From assembly GCA_030141605.1 (NCBI GenBank), contig JAQGDQ010000898.1, positions 18,487 to 82,486 on the forward strand: a stretch of 64,000 nucleotides of DNA. Reading direction: 5' to 3'. Both the position numbers and the translations under genes were made by a program. Under the pieces are notes generated by a model. That model saw nothing but the letters and a program-made list of their open reading frames with translations, was not told the DNA's origin and did no database searches. The DNA comes from Tubiluchus corallicola (taxonomy: Eukaryota; Animalia; Priapulida). Of the stretch, positions 40,901 to 53,154 are shown in pieces; within the stretch, counting starts at the first letter, position 1; each line of letters starts with the position of its first letter.

Positions 40901-43900
40901 TGTTCAAGACAAACAGATAATGAATCACTGTATTGTTCAGAGGACAGGAAGCGAATACCATAAACTGAACAGTTCATTTAACCAGCACCATTGACAAATT
41001 TTCCAGAGAAAGCTTAAGTAAAAACGATTTTTAATTTTACAATATCAGTCACGTGATCAGTGACCTTCTTCTTCTTCTTTGACTCATCTGGTCTAGGGCC
41101 TCCATAATTCCATCCACATTCACTTTATAACTGCCATCAGTTTGATTAAATTTAGTCATAAAGTTGGAATTAAGTCACAGCAGGCTAATAAACTAAGCGA
41201 GGAAAATACAGTGACTTGCCATAACATGGAAAATACTTGATAGGGGGCCAATCACTACCCCTTCTGCAACATATTTTAGTACAGCTTGCAGCAAATTTTG
41301 ACATCCTAAAACATTTTTGTCCAATTGCGAATGCTGCTTATAACAATAAAAAACTCTTGTTACATTTTTACAACCCACAACCAGAAAACATCTCTAAATT
41401 AGAGTGAAGGAAATTAATTATGCAAAAATAATAAAATATGCAAAACACAATTTCGCATTCAAATTTTGATCACTTAAAACTTTGACTTTGAACAGCTGCA
41501 AGCTAGCTAATTTACAGTGTTTAGCTTTAGATGATGCACTAGCACACCACAAACACTTATGTTTACAAGTAACTGTGTATATATAATGTTTAATGAATGA
41601 TAACAATGATGAATGGAAATATATCGAGTAACAAAAATGAACTGAAATAAATTGGAAACACGCGGCAAAAAGCTACATCATTTTTCTCAATCGAACATTA
41701 ACATTTTACACGACTTTACATGGATTTTGAAATGAGTTTTCAGTTGCATAGGAAATAATAATAATGGAAACACAATGGAAACAGAAATTAAATGAAATGA
41801 TCAGAAATTATTCTAGTAAACGGTAACACAATGGAAAGGCAATTTATTTGACATTCAGAAAAATCGTAAAACAAATTCTTTTTTTAAGCTTATTGTTCCT
41901 ATGTAAAATGTGTGATGATGCTAAATCAAACGTTTAGGTTCATTGTCTTTGTATATTGTGTTTTGTTATGTTGTATTGCATTGTATTATATTGTATTGTA
42001 TTGTACTGTATTGTATTATATTTTATCATATTGGATTGCATTGTATGTATTGTATCGTGTCGTGTCATATCGTATCGTATCGTACAGGGATGAGAATGAG
42101 AAATTGTAAAAAACTCTGAAACAGGCCGGAGGTTTGGGGGCCACGTAGGCCCCCATGGGGGTTCAAGGGGGCGAAGCAACAAATTGCAATTTTGTGACCA
42201 TAGAAAGCCTCTAAGTGGACTTAAAATATCAATTACCTTGTTTCATGTATAATTTAAAATACCCAACTATCAAGGATACATGATACATAATTGTCTCAAA
42301 AACGCCTAAGTACTGGCTGCTCCCATGCAAAAGTATATAAAAACTGTCTGCAATTGACTCAAATAACTCCGCACAATTGATTCTATATTTTTATACATAG
42401 AGATATACACGTGGTTACACTGATGTACGTGATGTAAACAAAGTGACGGCCTGCCAACTAGCGGTCAGCTTGTGAAATAATGTACTGGGTCCGTAAAAAT
42501 TTTCTCAACGAATTTACGCGATTTACAAAAATGGCACTACTGGTCTTCCAGAAACTCGGAAAATTCTCATCCCTGGTCGTATTGTAGTCATCAATAAACT
42601 TATTATAACATTTCAAGTTTGAAAACACGAGAATAGCCATGGATATATTGGCGTAGCCAGTGACTGTAAAATACTAAATAACTTGAAAACCAAGTAACAC
42701 CCAATGTTGTTCCGATAGATTGGTTGCCGATTTTCGCGAAAAATGGGGTATCGGGTTCGAGGAAAATCAAAAAATCAGTATTGGTTCGGTGTCAGTTTCG
42801 ATGAATACCGAGAGATCGGTGTCGATTTGGGTCATTTTTTTCTGGTTCTGACCAACACTGACACTGACAACACATACTGCGAAAGGTCTCCCTGTTAGCG
42901 TAATTACTTGATGATGCTAAACAACAATCAATGATGGGTTAATCTATGAACTATGAACTATGAATTTTATTTCACACATCAAAATACAATATTGTACACA
43001 TATATAAACAATAAATAAAATGATTTGAGTAGCGTGAGGTGATTGTACGACCATACGGTCATTAACACACTCACCTTACTTAAATGAAAACGAAAAAATT
43101 ATTAAAGTTATGCGTGCTTTTGTAGATGACTTAATGAAATTGATGTAATAAAGTAAATGATGTAATAATAGCAAGGAAACATAAGGAAAACATTAAGAAA
43201 GGAAAATATAATATGTAATTACAATTTTGATATAGGCTGCGATGAATGAATAATTTCATTTAAATTGATTTATACCTTTTACTAATAAAGTAACAAAGGT
43301 CGTAATGGTACCTATTAGTAAAAGAAAAACATTAGTGCAAAAAGACACACGTGCACAAAAAAAAGAAAAACCTCTGGTTTTCTATGCCAATGAATATTTA
43401 CTAATCGGTATCGGTTTTCAAAGAAAATCAATAATTGATATCAGTTCGCTATCGGTTTCGAGCAGAATCTAAAAATCGGTATGTTTCGCGGAAATTCCAA
43501 AGATCACTATCAGTTTTTTTTCGGGTTCGGAACAACACTGGTATTATGGTGATATTTTTCTGACTACCGATGGCTACAGTAAATCAATAACATTTGCCAC
43601 CACTACGGTCAAATAGCTGAAGACAAATGATAACAGGAATTCGAAACGTGCGCCATCGTGCGGTATAAAAACGAAAAAAATATTAATAACTAAGACGATT
43701 AGCGATGCAAGGTTGGTAAGATCTCTAGGCAGATTGAGAAAATGGGAAAACTTGGGAATTATCGCGTGACTTCTGACAACTGGTTGAAAAAATCACTTTT
43801 TCCATCACATAATGTAGTGCAATAGGACGATGTGGTCACAATGGCAAGTGATTTACGGATGTATTATAATTCCCAGAAAATTCATGGCGCAATAAGTATT

Positions 43901-43996
43901 AAATATGACAGAAAATAACAGCTGGATAACACACCCACTTATAGTCGCACTTTTTAAGACTGACCTATCATTCATACAGCCAAAAGTATCATTAAG

Positions 43997-44359
43997 CAGG
44001 CCCTATTTCAGGGGGGAGTGAGGATACTTCCCCGGGGCCTCACCCTCCAGGGGGGCCTTGTGCCAAGGTAAGATTTTTTTGCTTTATGCGAACATACTGC
44101 CTCCTCTCCCCCTCTCTCTCTCTCTTGCCGCACGCCAGTATTGCCAGTATTGACAAGTATTAAGGACTGGTCTTGAGAATAAAGCAGTTTTTCTTTCAAT
44201 TGTTCTTTCCTTTAACAACTGTATGACTCCATATTTTCTCTTCGAAAATGCTTCTCCGGCCTTCTAGCAGTTCAAAAATTTTGTGGGCGCCCCCCTCCCC
44301 CCGAAGGGGCCTCACACGCCCCACTTCCCTGGGACTCGCTTAGGCTGAAATAGGCCGTG
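43997..44359 (-). mobile_element. hAT-type element, family A, short copy
   Basis: Reverse-oriented copy; TSD tcattaag / ccattaag (7 of 8 match). Confidence 0.82.
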
Positions 44360-44709
44360 CCATTAAGTAGCTATCCAAGTATGCGACACAGCATGCCGTA
44401 TACTTACCATTTAACTTGCAGCATTACTTACTAAATTACAATCTTGTACTTCTTAATATTGCACTCTATTGTATAGAAATTTTCCAAAACAGTCAACACT
44501 ATAAGTACTCTGTAAGCCAACACACAGCTTCTTAATCGATCAATTTCCTTGCAAACCCTCATGTTGAAATATTTTATATTTGAAATTATCCTGTAAAATG
44601 TCATCTAAAGCTTTTGTGATTAACCCAGCTTGTCACGAATCTCTTGTGAAAACGAAACACAACATAACTAGTATTTTACCACTTCTACCAAGATGTGTGC
44701 TGCCCCCAA

Positions 44710-46971
44710 TTGGCAGCTCTGTATACTACATGTTCTTGCCAATCTTGTACTCCGCTCATACCTTTACATGCACGGTAGGGTATTTTGTTTCGTTTTATTT
44801 GTTTTTACTGTCGGAAAATAGCCTTTGGCTAATGTTATTTTTGAAATATTCGAAAATAAATGAAAGTTTTACTACTACAACTACTAAATGTCTATTGCTT
44901 CAAAAATGTGTTAAAACAAAGTGATTTCTTATATTATCTTAAGTTTATGTACGTACACTTAAAATAGAGCAAGCATTAGAAAAGCAAATGTGAGTGTTCT
45001 TTCAAAAGAACTAATGGCGTTTCTCATCTTTTATGATGGGTTTCCCGATGTGCGTTTTGGTTTAAAAAATTCCTTGACAGATGTCAGCACCGTGCACTAA
45101 GTACAGCAATTCGGACTTTTGTATGGGTTTCCTGTATTACGGACTAATGACGCTGCAAATCGTTAGGCAGCAAAGAACTCGAGAATATCACGGGACCCAG
45201 AACTTAAGAGAATTCAATAACGCGAAAGAAAAGTCCAACAAATATCAAGATGGTACGATTTAAACAGGTGTATTTCAAACACTGGACGCAGGTACAAAAT
45301 GCTAAGAGTAAAAAGATGAATCAGAATCAAACAAACTGAAGCTAAAAAACAATGATAATAATAACAATAATAAACAAATATGTTTCTTAATACAGAAGTT
45401 ACCGTCGATCGATAAAACAGAATAGTAGTTCAATAATGTCTGCTCGTTAATTGATGATTGGTTTCAAATCACTTTCAAATAATGTATTTGTATAAAATTG
45501 TGATGATGTGCATGTGCTTTGATAAAGCCAAGTTCAAATAGTCCAGATTTGCCTATGGATTTTATATATATTAATTCTTTATTTGTCTTTAAAATGGTTC
45601 GCTCATTATAAAAAAATTGAGTAAGCCTCAGCGTAATGTTAAAATAACAACACTGTTCAAGACAAATGCGTCCAGTGCATACTAAAAAAAACTAAAGTGC
45701 AAAACTAAGGCCTAATTATGTACAGTAAATGAACATATTTACAAACACAATATTAAAATATTTTTACAAAACAATATTACAAAAGTACATTAAATTTTAC
45801 ATGACATATTTTACACTATATATACATTTGACATGACACAATTAACAGAAACATGCTTTACATTACATAAATTTCACTCATTACATTTACACTATTTATA
45901 CATTTGACATTACAAAACTAACATAACACGTATTACATTACATAATTTTTTTAAAAAAATCGTTTATGGAGTCAGGGGCGGGGTAGATGAAAATTGAGTC
46001 TGTGTAATTAGTATCAGATGCACAATGTGGAAGTTGAAACCTGTTATACTTCCACATTGTGCATCCATATTAGAAACAAGAGTTAAGTGATAAGTACATA
46101 CCTTTATATGGTGGCTATATATTACAGAAAATATTAAAATTTTTGCAGCATGCACACAATGCTTATATGGATTAGACGCCACATAACATCCGATAAAGCC
46201 TGAGCAACTAGTCTAGATTAAAAGCAGTTTATAACCAAATTTGCCAATTGCTATTAAAATGACTTTAGGACTGGAAAAGTCATGACGTATGACGCTATTA
46301 CGATGTCTACTATCTGGCAGCAACTCCTTAGTGTGACATTAAACAGACTATCACTCTACCTAGTTCTAGGTGCCTATTTCACCTTTTAAAGATGGAAGAA
46401 CGTCCTAATGGGAGACCCATCACCCTGAAAAGGGAGAAAGCCCCCATGGGATAGCAAACACTGATCCACATAATAATCCACAAAACAACCCTGTATTTCC
46501 TATCTTTAATATAATATACAAACCAAAACTGCCAACATTGGTCAAATTTGTAATGCCCTCATTTGAAATTCACACAATTTATATCAGGGATGTGCAAATT
46601 ATCTGACTAGCCGGGCCACATTAAACTTTCCCACAATTCCTGCAGGCCACGGGCAGTTTGATCAAGGAGCCAAGTACAGAAAGGCCTGATAACAATTTTT
46701 TTGCATCCTTACTACTTCATCCTATTACATCATTACTACTACACTCAAGAAACTATTTTAGAAGTTATTAAAATTTATATTACAAACCATATATTTCTAC
46801 TTTCAGGACAGATAGTAGGCGCGGGCCGCAATTTGCACACCCCTGATTTATATAATCAAACAATCAGTCATTCATTTAATTGGGTGTCATGTTGCTGTGT
46901 AAGAAAACAGCATACCTCCTTCTAAATGTGAGAATTTGTGATCCAACTGGGATATTACCAAAAAAAAGTAA
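44710..46971 (+). repeat. Direct segmental duplication, copy 1 (~2.2 kb)
   Basis: Matches 50938-53154 with several indels. Confidence 0.92.
46585..46845 (-). mobile_element. hAT MITE family B, short copy
   Basis: TIRs intact; perfect 8-bp TSD ATTTATAT. Confidence 0.85.
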
Positions 46972-47360
46972 TAATAAAATAGTATTAGGCAAAAGTTATA
47001 ACTTGCATACTTTTTTCTGTGATATTACCTTACATTACGTTGCGTTGTGTTACATTACATTGTGTTATATCATGTTTGTTAAGTCATATCACGACTCAAT
47101 ATGTGAGATGAATGTGAACGTGACGCAGTGGCTCATGCTATGAATTCAAAATGATTTTTTGAAGTTGAGAAGTATTGGATCGCAGAAGAACTAACCCTTC
47201 GTGCAGTTTGAGTTAACTGACTGATTGGCTAACTCACTAACTCAATCGTTCAACTGTATAAGTGCAATAAAGTGCATCAACTGAAAACTGCAACAGTGCA
47301 TTAAAGTCTAGCAATTATAAATGTGAATTCTATGCTGCAAATACGCAACACTGCTTTTAA

Positions 47361-47373
47361 AAGAAAGGTAAGT
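47361..47373 (+). other. Consensus splice donor of a probable 5'UTR exon of the 48585 gene (intron 47368-48576); mirrored near 56705-56717
   Basis: AAG|GTAAGT at 47367/47368. Upstream are a reverse CCAAT (ATTGG, ~47224) and TATA-like tataag/tataaat. Confidence 0.5.
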
Positions 47374-48584
47374 TAATTAATTTATTTTTGTAAAATTAAT
47401 TGAAATTTAATAGCCAGTTATAATGACAGTTTGCAGACACAGTTGCACGTGAATTTATTTGCCGCCGTAGCTCGTATAACAAGTTCATTAATAAGACTGA
47501 TTCGCTTTAATTGACAACTATAATGTACCGTTGTAATAATGTTCTTTTAGCTAAGAAAAATTTTCGAGATTTTACGCAATTGGAATGCTTACAAAGGCAG
47601 ACTTCAAGGTTCTATTTTTACATTGTTTTGAAATGTAGAATGTTCAGTAACACCATTTGCAGATTGAAGGGAAGACGCTAAAGTGCAGAGTTCCCTTAAA
47701 TCAGGGCAAAATCAGACGGTATGTTTGTCTCTTAGATGTTTGCTGACGTCAGTCTATTTAGCAATGGCAGTTGAATACTTTTGTATTGTCACTTTTCATG
47801 ATCTTAAATTAGCAACACATTTTAGCGGTTTATTTTCAGTTAATTTACTCAGCAGCTCAAGATATGCTCACTTACTACATTTCGTATGTTGGTTTGAAGA
47901 AACCAAAAAAGTTGAAATTTAGTTGTAAAATTTTATTCTGAAATGTCTACATAAACAGTGAAGTAGTGTCATGTTGAAAAGCAGAAAACCGAGTGACCAG
48001 AAACTACAGGTGAAATCATTTAGGTGTGAAAACAGATTTAGAGATTATGCATTCATAAAGACTGTTGTAGCCAATGAAAATTTTAACAGTAAAGAGAAAG
48101 CTTTAACAATTTTAACAAGTACACCTGAAGGTGGCAGCACTATCCAAAACTAAAAAAAGTATGATGACAATACAACATAAATTTAAATTTAGAATAATTA
48201 AAATGATTTTTTTCTGTCCATATGTATTTCACCTTTGCAGCTACCCCCATTATTTTAGCTAATTTAGAGACTTTAATTTTGGTAGCCATTTTGTAAGGAA
48301 CCAATTTTGGTAGCCATTGTGTAAGGAACCCAAAACTGGGTTATATACACGTCATAAACAGACTTTTGTGGCGCTTTCAATCCTGTTTTAGAATAATTTT
48401 GAAATGGAAAAAACTTTTTGGCACGAGTACTTAGTCACATTTCTCACTTAAATATAAAATGACATTATCAAAGTCACTAAATACATTTGTTGCAGACTCG
48501 TGTGTGAAAATTCTTCTCCCCTAACTGGCTGATTGTCTGCATGTGTTTATTCTTATTAGAGTTTTTTCTATTCCAGGGAAAGAG

Positions 48585-49004
48585 ATGCATCTGAAGCATG
48601 CATTCACTTTGTTTTTCTTCCTTGCCGTACTGTTAGCAGCAACCGAAGGGTGTAGTGGGGGTTATGGGCCTCACCCTGACTTTTTTAAAAACATAGGTCT
48701 GTGCCAAGACAACACTACTCAAGCGAAAGATATCAAAAAGTTGTGCCGGGATTTTGCTCTCGGAGAGACTGCATTCAATAATGTAACGGGTCCTGCACAC
48801 CAGGCTCCTGAAAGATACGAGGCATGTTGCACTTGCTATTCAAAACAGTTCCGTGAATGCCTTTATCGCTTTAACGAAGATTCGAAAAAACCAAAGAGCA
48901 AAGCAAGCGAAGAAAAGAATAATGTGAAGCGATACTCGATGTCATTACTCCTGTTGTGGTCCACTTTTTTTCTGCAATTGTTTTTCCAAAATATGCAAAT
49001 GTAA
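48585..49004 (+). CDS. Small secreted Cys-rich protein (139 aa from true ATG), paralog of the 5283 gene
   Basis: MHLKHAF... signal peptide ending TEG|C; 6 further Cys; N-glycosylation sequons NTT and NVT; hydrophobic C-terminal tail; acceptor ttttttctattccag ends at 48576; AATAAA at 49125-49130. Confidence 0.82.
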   Translation: MHLKHAFTLFFFLAVLLAATEGCSGGYGPHPDFFKNIGLCQDNTTQAKDIKKLCRDFALGETAFNNVTGPAHQAPERYEACCTCYSKQFRECLYRFNEDSKKPKSKASEEKNNVKRYSMSLLLLWSTFFLQLFFQNMQM

Positions 49005-50937
49005 TTCCCAAATTAATTTTCCATTTTGCTAACATTAATTGACATAGATCTGTACATTCACTAACTTTAGCTTTTACGCAGAGCAAAGTGCCAACTTTTA
49101 CTTTACTTGCGAATTCTTAGTATGAATAAAAGATTAGTATTTTGGTCTATTGTTTATGAAACTTTCTTGTTTGCTTCTTGTTTGTTTTTTTAATTAAAAT
49201 AGTTATTGTAGTGCTAGAAGTGTGTTAATAAGTAATCATACCAAATTTTTATATACTTGACCATGCAGGGTTCTTCAGCTGCTCACTGCCATTATCAAGT
49301 TGCCATACATGAAAACCAATTATCGAATATCTGATAGATAATCATAAAATAAAATCATTTCCACTCTCCTTACACTGCATTTAAATCTCTGGTACCTGCA
49401 CAGAGTAGGTTAGATTAGATTATTTATTTCGACAGCTAAGTCATCAGTTACATACAGTTACAAGTACATTTGCAATCGTAATTGCAAAAAACATCTAAAG
49501 CTACATCTTTAAACTATAATAATAATAATAATAAAAAAGATGTCGTGAACTGATTCATGAGTTTGTTTATGAACTTTATAAACTTTAGCAACATTACAAC
49601 TTTACAGCAAGTTAGACTACAGTGAATCATTTTCTCATTTGACTGGTTTCTGATATGCATTACCCAAGGTTAACCAGTTTCAACTGATTTGAGCTTTTAC
49701 AGTTTTAATCTAGTAGTCACAACGTAGTGTACAGAAAAGACACTCAATAATAAAGTGTTTGTGCCACTAAAGGAGTTTGGTTTGTTGCTATATATATTGA
49801 CTGTGCCTTTTTCACAATAGACATGTATCATTTTAATCCTGCAATCTTTTTTCAGATATCCATAGCTAAATGAATGTCAAGTATACTGTTCATTTCGAAT
49901 GTACGTTTAAATATTTCAGACTGAAAATAGCTGTCTGAGTTCAAAATTCCACGAAGAAGTTTTGTGAATTTCGTAGCCTAACAAATAGAGAGTAAGCTGA
50001 GCATCTTACTATAGAGTAAGGGATATATAAACATATATATTAAGTTGTAAATATAAACAAACTTGTCCTGCACTGTGAACATACTGAAGTGAAAGTAATT
50101 TTCTAATATATTTATTATAAGCAATTTTTATATTCCTGTAATTATAGAGGAAAAATTTAGTATGCACAGAACTTAGGAACCTTATCGGTTAAATACTTTT
50201 CTAACATCTTGTGAAATTGATAAACAAGTTTCGATTTTAAATGCAGGTGCAAAACCTGACATAATTGGTTAGCTATTTATCACTGGCACTATTTTAGTGG
50301 GCCACTCTATGTATTTAATTGTAAGAGTATTGTGACTGTAGCGCAGTGTACTTGGCCACCTGCCACTAAATGCTTTCTTCACTGGGTATTATGAAAGCAG
50401 TACTAATTAATTACCTTGCTCACAGTATTCCTGTTGACATTCAAAGCATTGAATTTGGAGATTTATATATTAGTAAATTAGATCAGATAGTTCTTTCAAC
50501 TTTGAGCATTTGTTTGAACATCTTGAGACTATTAGCAAAACTTTTTTGATAACAATCCCAAACAATAATTGATATTTTTGCTAGTGGGAAAGACACAAAA
50601 CAATATTTTTAGGCTACATGTTTTGTGATTTGTGCTGTTTATCATCGGCATGTAAAAATACTTTTTTATTACGAATTAGAGTTTTTATTTTTTTAAAATT
50701 TTGGGAAAATCAACTGCTCTGCACCCCTTGAGCAAAGAGTTTCCACAGGCCTATGAACCCATATTGCTTATTTGCACCTTGTCTTTTCTGTCTGAAAAAA
50801 CTTTTTGTTATGCAATTTTAAAATCTAAAAAGTTGAAAATCCCTTTGAACAAATTGTTACTTTCAAATACTAAATTGACACTCTTGCCTCTCACTCTTGT
50901 GTTATTTTTGTTACTTTTTTTTGGTAATATCCCAGTT

Positions 50938-53154
50938 TGGCAGCTCTGTATACTACATGTTCTTGCCAATCTTGTACTCCGCTCATACCTTTACATGCAC
51001 GGTAGGGTATTTTGTTTCGTTTTATTTCGTTTTATTCCGTTTTATTTATTTTTACTGTCGGAAAATAGCCTTTGGCTAATGTTATTTTTGAAATATTCGA
51101 CAATAAATGAAAGTTTTACTACTAAATGTTTATTGCTTCAAAATGGGTTAAAACAAAGTGATTTCTTATATTATCTTAAGTTTATGTACGTACACCTAAA
51201 ATAGAGCAAGCATTAGAAAAGCAAATGTGAGTGTTCTTTCAAAAGAATTAATGGCGTTCGCATCTTTTATGATGGGTTTCCCGATGTGCGTTTTGGTTTA
51301 AAAAAATTCTTGACAGATGTCAGCACCGTGCACTAAGTACAGCAATTCGGACTTTTGTATGGGTTTCCTGTATTACGGACTAATGACGCTGCAAATCGTT
51401 ATGCAGCAAAGAACTCGAGAATATCACGGGACCCAGAACTTAAGAGAAAAGTCCAACAAATATCAAGATGGTACGATTTAAACAGGTATATTTCACACAC
51501 AGTAGATGCAGGTACAAACTGAAGCCAAAACACAGTAATAATAATAACAATACATGTAATAAACAAATATGTTTCTTAATACAGAAGTTACCGTCGATCG
51601 ATAAAACAGAAAAGTAATTCAATAATGCCTGCTCGTTAATTGATGATTGGTTTCAAATCATTTTCAAATAATGTGTTTGTATAAAATTGTGATGATGCGC
51701 ATGTGCTTTGATAAAGCCAAGTTCAAATAGTCCAGATTTGCCTATGGATTATTTATATATATATTAATTCTTTATTTGTCTTTAAAATGGTTCACTCATT
51801 ATAATAAAATTGAGTAAGCCTCAGCGTAATGTTAAGATAACAACACTGTTCAAGACAAATGCGTCCAGTGCAGACTAAAAAAACTGAAGTGCAAAACTAA
51901 GGCCTAATTATATACAATAAATGAACATATTTACAAACACCATATTAAAATATTTTTACAAAACAATATTACAAAAGTACATTAAATTTTACATGACATA
52001 TTTTACACTATATATATACATTTAACATGACACAATTAACAGAAATATGCTTTACATTATATAAATTTCACTCATTACATTTACACTATTTATACATTTG
52101 ACATTACAAAACTAACATAACACGTATTACATTACATAATTTTTTAAAAAAAATCGTTTATGGAGTCAGGGGCGGGGTAGACGAAAGTTGAGTCTGTGTA
52201 ATTAGTATCAGATGCACAATGTGGAAGTTGAAACCTGTTATACTTCCACATTGTGCATCCATATTAGAAACAAGAGTTAAGTGATAAGTACATACCTTTA
52301 TATGGTGGCTATATATTACAGAAATATTAAAATTTTTGCGGCATGCAGCATAGATTAGATGCCACATAATATCCAATAAAGCCTGAGCAACTAGTCTAGA
52401 TTAAAAGCAGTTTATAACCAAATTTGCCAATTGCTATTAAAATGACTTTAGGACTGGAAAAGTCTTGACGTATGAGGCTATTACGATGTCTACTATCTGG
52501 CAGCAACTCCTTAGTGTGACATTAAACAGATTACCACTATACTTAGTTCTAGGTGCGTATTTCACCTTTTATTCATGGAAGAACGTACTAATGGGAGACC
52601 CATCGTCCTGAAAAGGGAGAAAGCCCCTATGGGATAGCCAACACTGATCCACATAATAATCCCCAAAACAACCCTGTATTTCCTATCTTCAATCTAATAT
52701 ACAAACCAAAACTCCCAACATTGATCAAATTTGTAATGCCCTCATTTGAAATTCACACAATTTATATCAGGGGTGTGCAAATTATCTGACTAACCGGGCC
52801 ACATTAAACTTTCCCTCAATTCCTGCGGGCCACAGGCAGTTTGATCAAGGAGCCAAGTACAGAAAGGCCTGATAACAATTTTTTTGCATCCTTACTACTA
52901 CATCCTATTACATCATTACTACTACACTCAAGAAACTATTTTAGAAGTTATTAAAATTTATATTACAAACCATGTATTTCTACTTTCAGGACAGATAGTA
53001 GGCGCGGGCCGCAATTTGCACACCCGTGATTTATATAATCAAACAATCAGTCATTCATTTACTCGGGTGTCATGTTGCTTTGTAAGAAAACAGCATACCT
53101 CCTTCTAAATGTGAGAATTCGTGACCCAACTGGGATATTACCAAAAAAAAGTAA
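50938..53154 (+). repeat. Direct segmental duplication, copy 2 (spacer of the palindrome)
   Basis: Matches 44710-46971. Confidence 0.92.
52768..53028 (-). mobile_element. hAT MITE family B, copy carried by the segmental duplication
   Basis: Same insertion site and TSD as the 46585 copy. Confidence 0.85.

Larger units (their letters stand above)
46971..50937 (+). repeat. Left arm of ~4-kb inverted duplication
   Basis: Reverse complement of 53128-57107 over its whole length. Confidence 0.95.

Noticed and set aside
42702-43540. Single hAT-like element with CAGTGTTGTTCCGA ends
   Set aside because: TIR-like ends and TCGGT-rich patches are present, but there is no matching TSD; probably fragments of more than one old element.
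48543-48584. N-terminal extension MFILIRVFSIPGKE in the ORF track (also 55486-55527)
   Set aside because: It starts at GTG and overlaps the intron polypyrimidine tract and acceptor; the true start is the ATG at 48585 (55485 for the minus copy).
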